DNA of 64,000 bases from Veleropilina oligotropha. Its lineage: Eukaryota. Position 1 is the stretch's first letter. The number at the start of each line of letters is the position of its first letter. Position numbers and translations under genes: made by a program. Below are positions 58,761 through 64,000 of this stretch, piece by piece. The notes beneath the pieces were generated by a model that worked only from the letters and a program-made list of their open reading frames with translations, was not told the origin of the DNA and did not search any database. The stretch is from the NCBI GenBank assembly GCA_048128005.1, contig JBEUKZ010000104.1, forward strand, positions 124,001 to 188,000, in the 5' to 3' direction.

Positions 58761-58959
58761 CATATCCGATTCTTTTTTATGCTTCTGCTTTAGCACGAAT
58801 GGTGTTCGATGTCGAGACTTCTGGCCCGCTCCTTCGTGATAGTTATCGACTTCAGAATCATAATTATGGTATGTGGTCGGTTCGTTTTCACACATTATTA
58901 TTATTAGGTTCACTGTTTTACGCCAACGCGCCAGAGTCAACAGAATAATCATCAGAATC

Positions 58960-61767
58960 GCCCTCTGCAGCTTCTCAACATAAACTTGCACTCGTTATGT
59001 GGCAAAGTCGCCGAAATCAACCACGTTATAATGAGCCTGAAACCTGATGTCATCATGGGGACAGAAACACGGTTGTCCCCCGTTGTTGCTACCAGCGAGA
59101 GTTTTCCCCCCAACTACAAAGTCTTCAGGAAGGATAGAAATAGAAATGACGCCGTTATAATCATTGTAGTATCTGCTGGTATGCACGGAGGAACCAAACC
59201 TAGCAAGCCCTGACTGTGAAACAATGTGGACGAAAATCAAGATGCGGAGAAGGAATCAAATTATTGCTCATCAGTTCATACTACATACTAGCAACGAAGG
59301 TGGCAAAAGAAGTATGGCAGACTCGTTGAGGCTAGCTAGCCTATTACTCCCAGAACTCAATAATCATCATCGGTGGCGATTACAACTTTCCATGATGCGA
59401 CTGGCGCAAGGTGTTGAAGAGAAGTACACGTTACCCCGGTCTCCTTCAAGGTTCCGAGATGTCAACCAGAGGGGAAACACCCTTGACCTTATCTCGACTA
59501 ACCAGCCCAACTTGTTACCCCGCTTAGAGACAACCCCTGGCATCTCTGAAAATTTTATCGTCTATGCTGAACTCAAGATCCAGCCGTCAAGGATGTGGCA
59601 AAAGGAACGGATTGTGCCCTACTACAAGAACATTGATTTCGATGGTATACGCGCTTCCGCCCGTGAACTAGCAATTATCTCTTCCAACCATTACGACAAT
59701 GATGTAGAGAAGATATGGACAGACTAGATCAGGTCTCAACAAATGTAATCAACAGGTGGTACCGCACAAGGAGCTTGGTTCCAGAAGACGCGAACCATGG
59801 CTTGACTTCGGAACTGTGAAACTAACCAAGAAGAGCGACATAATCCACAAGAAGATGAAGAAGGCGGACAGAGAGGACCTCAACGAAGCTTTCAAGGTTC
59901 TAAAGAGGCAGGTCAGACAAAAGATTCACATAACTTATTGATCATGGAAGACTCTGGAGAACAACCACAGACAACCAAGAGATTTTGGTCGTTCATGCGG
60001 ATGAGACAGAATGAACATTCTGGAGTTTAACCTCCCAAAGTTGCTGGGAAACTGATGACCGATGACCTGACTTAGGAATTCCAATCTGCAATCAGTTCAA
60101 AAGAAGAACTCACTGAATATGAATTTTAACAGAGATGTGATATCCCGAACTAGATGCGAATCTTCCTCTCTGTGAAGATAGCCATGTCAATAAAGCTGGA
60201 GTAGAGAAACTGCTGCATGACCACGATTCATCCAAGGCAAGCACTCCATCACTTATCATCACATCCATGGTATCACTCCTCGGATCCTAAAAGAAGTGAT
60301 AACTGAGATAGCCCCGGCGCTCACTCTACTCTACCAGACGTCTCTGGATACCAGAGTGGAAAACAACCAACATGAGCCCAGTTTTCAAGAAAGGTGAGCG
60401 ATATAAAGCTGAAAACTACCCAACCTATATCGCTTATCAGCTTCCCATGTAAAGTTTTCGAACATATCCCCGTCAGCACGATAATGGGACACTGTAGACA
60501 ATGAAACATCATCTTCCCTCAACAACATGGCTCTTGAAGCGGTCACTCATGTGAAACTCAAGTCATGGGCCTCGTGGATGAAATATAACTACGACGTTGA
60601 AGCATGGGAACCAAGAAGACCTGATTGTCTTAGATATCTCAAAGGCATTCGACAAAGTGTGCCAAAGTTTCCTCACCCGCAAGCCCTGTCGTTATCTGAG
60701 GCAAAGTCAATGCCTGGATTAAAAATTTCATAACGGACAGACATACAGGCACTGGCAGTGGCCGTCAAAAGTATAAGATCAGATTTCATTAAAGTGGAAT
60801 CGGATGAGCCACAGGGCTCAGTGCTGGGACCGCTACTCTTCCTCCTGTTCATTAACGACTAACCGACAAAACTTACCTGTACATCTAGGCTGTTTACGGA
60901 TGACATCACATGTCACAATACGGTCACCGTACTCAATGACCAGGACGACCTCCAAGGGGACCTGGACAGACTGGCGTCCTGGGGGCAGCATTGGAATATA
61001 TCGTTCCACCCATCCAAATGCTCCGTCATCCACGTCCCGTCGTCTTTCCACCGCCCACCGTAACTATCACATACACGGACACAAACTCCGAAAAAAGTCA
61101 AGTCCAGTATCTTGGAGTAATTCTATGTGACGATATAGAGTGAGGGCCTCATATCCAGAGTGTAACGGGAAAGGCAAACAGCGCCCCTCACTTCGTTCGT
61201 AATCACATTACGTCTCAAATAAGCCGGCCAAGCAAGCGACATAAGCTCTCGTAAACCTAACCCTCGAATATGCAAGTCCTGTTTGGGACCCAAACACAGT
61301 GGAAACAACCAATCCAAAATATGCAGCGTCGAGCATCATGATGAGTCACCCGCCCGAAAGACGTCATGTTGAAACGATGCCACAAGACACCAGCTCCCAC
61401 CCCCTTTACTAGATGGAAGAGAGTCAGACTGACCGCATTTTACAAATACCACTACGGATTTGCCACAATCACATCCAGGCATCGCCCATCGCCTTCCAAA
61501 CTTAGACGCAGCAGTGAAACATCTCATGCTAATAGCTACGACATCCCAACATCGAGAACAACCTACCAGCAGACAAGTTTCTTCTTCGGTACTATCTGCG
61601 AGTGAAACCGTCTACCGGATGACGTAGTGTTAGAATAATGTTGGTTGTCCAGGGGTCAGGATGGCCCGTACACAATATAGAAATTAGAAAAGATAGAATA
61701 AAGTGCAGCTCTGAACTGTATCACCAACCTGATGGCGTTGGCCACCTAATTCAAAGAAGAAGAAGAG
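58960..61767 (+). pseudogene. Heavily degraded LINE (CR1/L2 group) ORF2 with (GAA)n tail
   Basis: PDVIMGTET, YKVFRKDR, RGNTLDL, PQGSVLGPLLF..FIND, RLFTDD, SFFFGTICEW-like; tail AAGAAGAAGAAG near 61755. Confidence 0.8.
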
Positions 61768-62142
61768 AAATTCACTCGCATGACAGGTCTGTCTAACGGG
61801 AGTGAAGTCGAATCTTCGATTGTGCACTCTTTGTTTAGTTAACTGTCACAGTTGTCGGTCCATAATTGGCCGTGGGGTTTCCTGGGCAACCGGGATTTTC
61901 TCCCGAGACAATATGGGCAGTCCTGATACGAATCCGAAGGCTATTAACAAGGGACATTATGCATCGACCCAAAGCAAACCTTATTTTAGCCATTGCCATA
62001 TATATTGGCCGCCATCTTGGATCCTTTGCTTTATTACATATAAAATAGCACATCCCAATTCACGAAACGTTTATATCATATGTATGGGCAGCCAAAAGGG
62101 TATAAAATACGTTAAAACCAAATAAAATATCATAGTAACAAT

Positions 62143-63015
62143 TAACAGTCATCAATGGTCAAACGAACGGTCATCAATGCTTATACGAACAGCCTAAAAT
62201 ATATCCAACAGTCACCGAATCAAAACAAACAGCCTAAAATTAACCCAACAGTCATCAATGGTCAAACGAACGGTCATCGATGTTCATACGAACAGCCAAA
62301 AATGCATCCAACAGTCACCGAATCAAAACAGTCATCGATGTAAAACAGCCTAAAATTAATCCAACAGTCATCAATGGTCAAACGAACGGTCATCAATGGT
62401 CATACGAACAGCCATAAATGCATCCAACAGTCACCGAATCAAGACAGTCGTTGATGTAAAACAGCCTAAAATTAATCCAACAGTCATCAATGGTCAAACG
62501 AACGGTCATCAATGCTTATACGAACAGCCAAAAATATATCCAACAGTCACCGAATCAAAACAAATAGCCTAAAATGAATCCAACAGTCATCAATGGTCAA
62601 ACAAACGGTCAACAATGTTCATACGAACAGCCAAAAATGCATCCAACAGTCACCGAATCAAGACAGTCGTTGATGTAAAACAGCCTAAAATTAATCCAAC
62701 AGTCATCAATGCATGGTCAAACGAACGGTCATCAATGCTTATACGAACAGCCAAAAATATATCCAACAGTCACCGAATCAAAACAAATAGCCTATAATGA
62801 ATCCAACAGTCATCAATGGTCAAACGAACGGTCAACAATGTTCATACGAACAGCCAAAAATGCATCCAACAGTCACCGAATCAAAACAGACATCGAATCA
62901 AAACGGTCACCGATTCAAAACGACGGTCACCGAATCAAAACGGTCACCGACGCTAAACAGTCACCGATGCTAAACAGTCACCGATACAAAACGGTCAACG
63001 ATGCAAAACAGACAA
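62143..63015. repeat. Complex minisatellite (~100-120-bp units built from AACAGTCA/AACGGTCA subunits)
   Basis: Repeated AACAGTCATCAATGGTCAAACGAACGGTCATC...CAGTCACCGAATCAA. Confidence 0.9.
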
Positions 63016-63544
63016 AACCCGAATTAACGCTAGATGTCGCTCAAGTTCTCTACACATAAACAACAGTATTCTGCCATGCGTTCAAGATGCAAAACGTTTT
63101 GTAGTGACACAAAATGTTTTGCGTTTTGTCGTTCAATTGGCAGAGCGCTTTCTGAAAACGTTTTGCAAACCGCGCGCAACCTTCCTATGTGACTCGCGAT
63201 GACCCTAAACCCGACCAAAATGGCGGACGATAGAACGATTATGAAAAAAGTAGGGACTGTCAAATTTATTTTTCAACTTGGGAGGCATTACAATAGGAGC
63301 AACACACTATTAACCGGAGACTTAATCCAAATAATATGTAAATTGAGAAGAAAATAGTTTAATTTATAATTGATATTGATATCTTATGGTGCTTTACCAC
63401 TTGTTTATTTGCTGTATGCGACAAATTCTAGCAAGGGCAGATAACTACACAACTCGGCGTCTTTCATTTTGAGTATTATATATTATGTAAATTTATCCCT
63501 TGTCTTGCTCATTTTCCCATATATAGTGCAACGTACACCGTTTA

Positions 63545-63710
63545 TTATATACGTTAATTATTTTTTATTTACGTAAATAATTTATTATTTAGGTATATAA
63601 AAAATTGTTTACGTAAATAATTTTTTATTTACCTACAAAATTTTTATTTACGTAAATAATTCATTATTTACGTAAATAATTCATTATTTACGTATATAAT
63701 TCATTATTTA
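63545..63710. repeat. ~20-bp AT-rich minisatellite (TTTACGTAAATAATTCATTA)n
   Basis: Directly visible. Confidence 0.8.
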
Positions 63711-64000
63711 GGGTGCTCTCCCTTTTATTTATCGTAAGCGGCCAGACTATATTACAGAATACCCGTTATTTCTGGCATTCAAATTCCGTTCTTCATCACG
63801 GTTTGTTCAAACACTTGATCTTGTGTCATGGCATCAATATATCAATGAAATCTTATGGTTCTGACCAGTTATTCAATGCATGTCATTGATGCAGGGTATT
63901 GGTGGTAATGTATTACTGATAGAATGGAGGCGCCTGACCTTGTTGTTATGATATTGTCATGCATAGATTAGTACTGTCTATATTTTCGGTTACTCTTGCC

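Noticed and set aside
62155..63059. Repetitive-protein ORFs
   Set aside because: Minisatellite with frequent stops and variable unit phase.

Overview
AT-rich, repeat-saturated animal genomic window, probably from an invertebrate (the HINE, CR1 and Crypton content suggests a mollusc or other lophotrochozoan; this is inference). No host gene is recognisable. The centrepiece is a complete but decaying 21.65-kb Polinton/Maverick (adintovirus-like endogenous virus) at 17011-38660. It has ~650-bp TIRs (AGTAGT...ACTACT) and a 6-bp GCAGTG target duplication that is confirmed by an inverted, unoccupied paralogous site at ~41100. It carries PC4-like, integrase-chromodomain, minimal penton, major capsid, adenain-like protease, packaging ATPase, small basic and pPolB genes. 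A CR1 insertion into pPolB creates an in-frame 936-aa pPolB-RT chimeric ORF. The flanks hold a six-level nested transposon stack (2.1-10.1 kb), a third CR1 copy, a decayed Harbinger, a Merlin-like MITE, Helitron/Helentron elements, a CryptonA remnant, degraded LINEs and satellites. They also hold a two-ORF Penelope-like element with an SGNH-like ORF1, a GIY-YIG domain apparently nested inside the RT C-terminal region, and a candidate hammerhead ribozyme. All calls come from reading motifs by eye; no searches were run.
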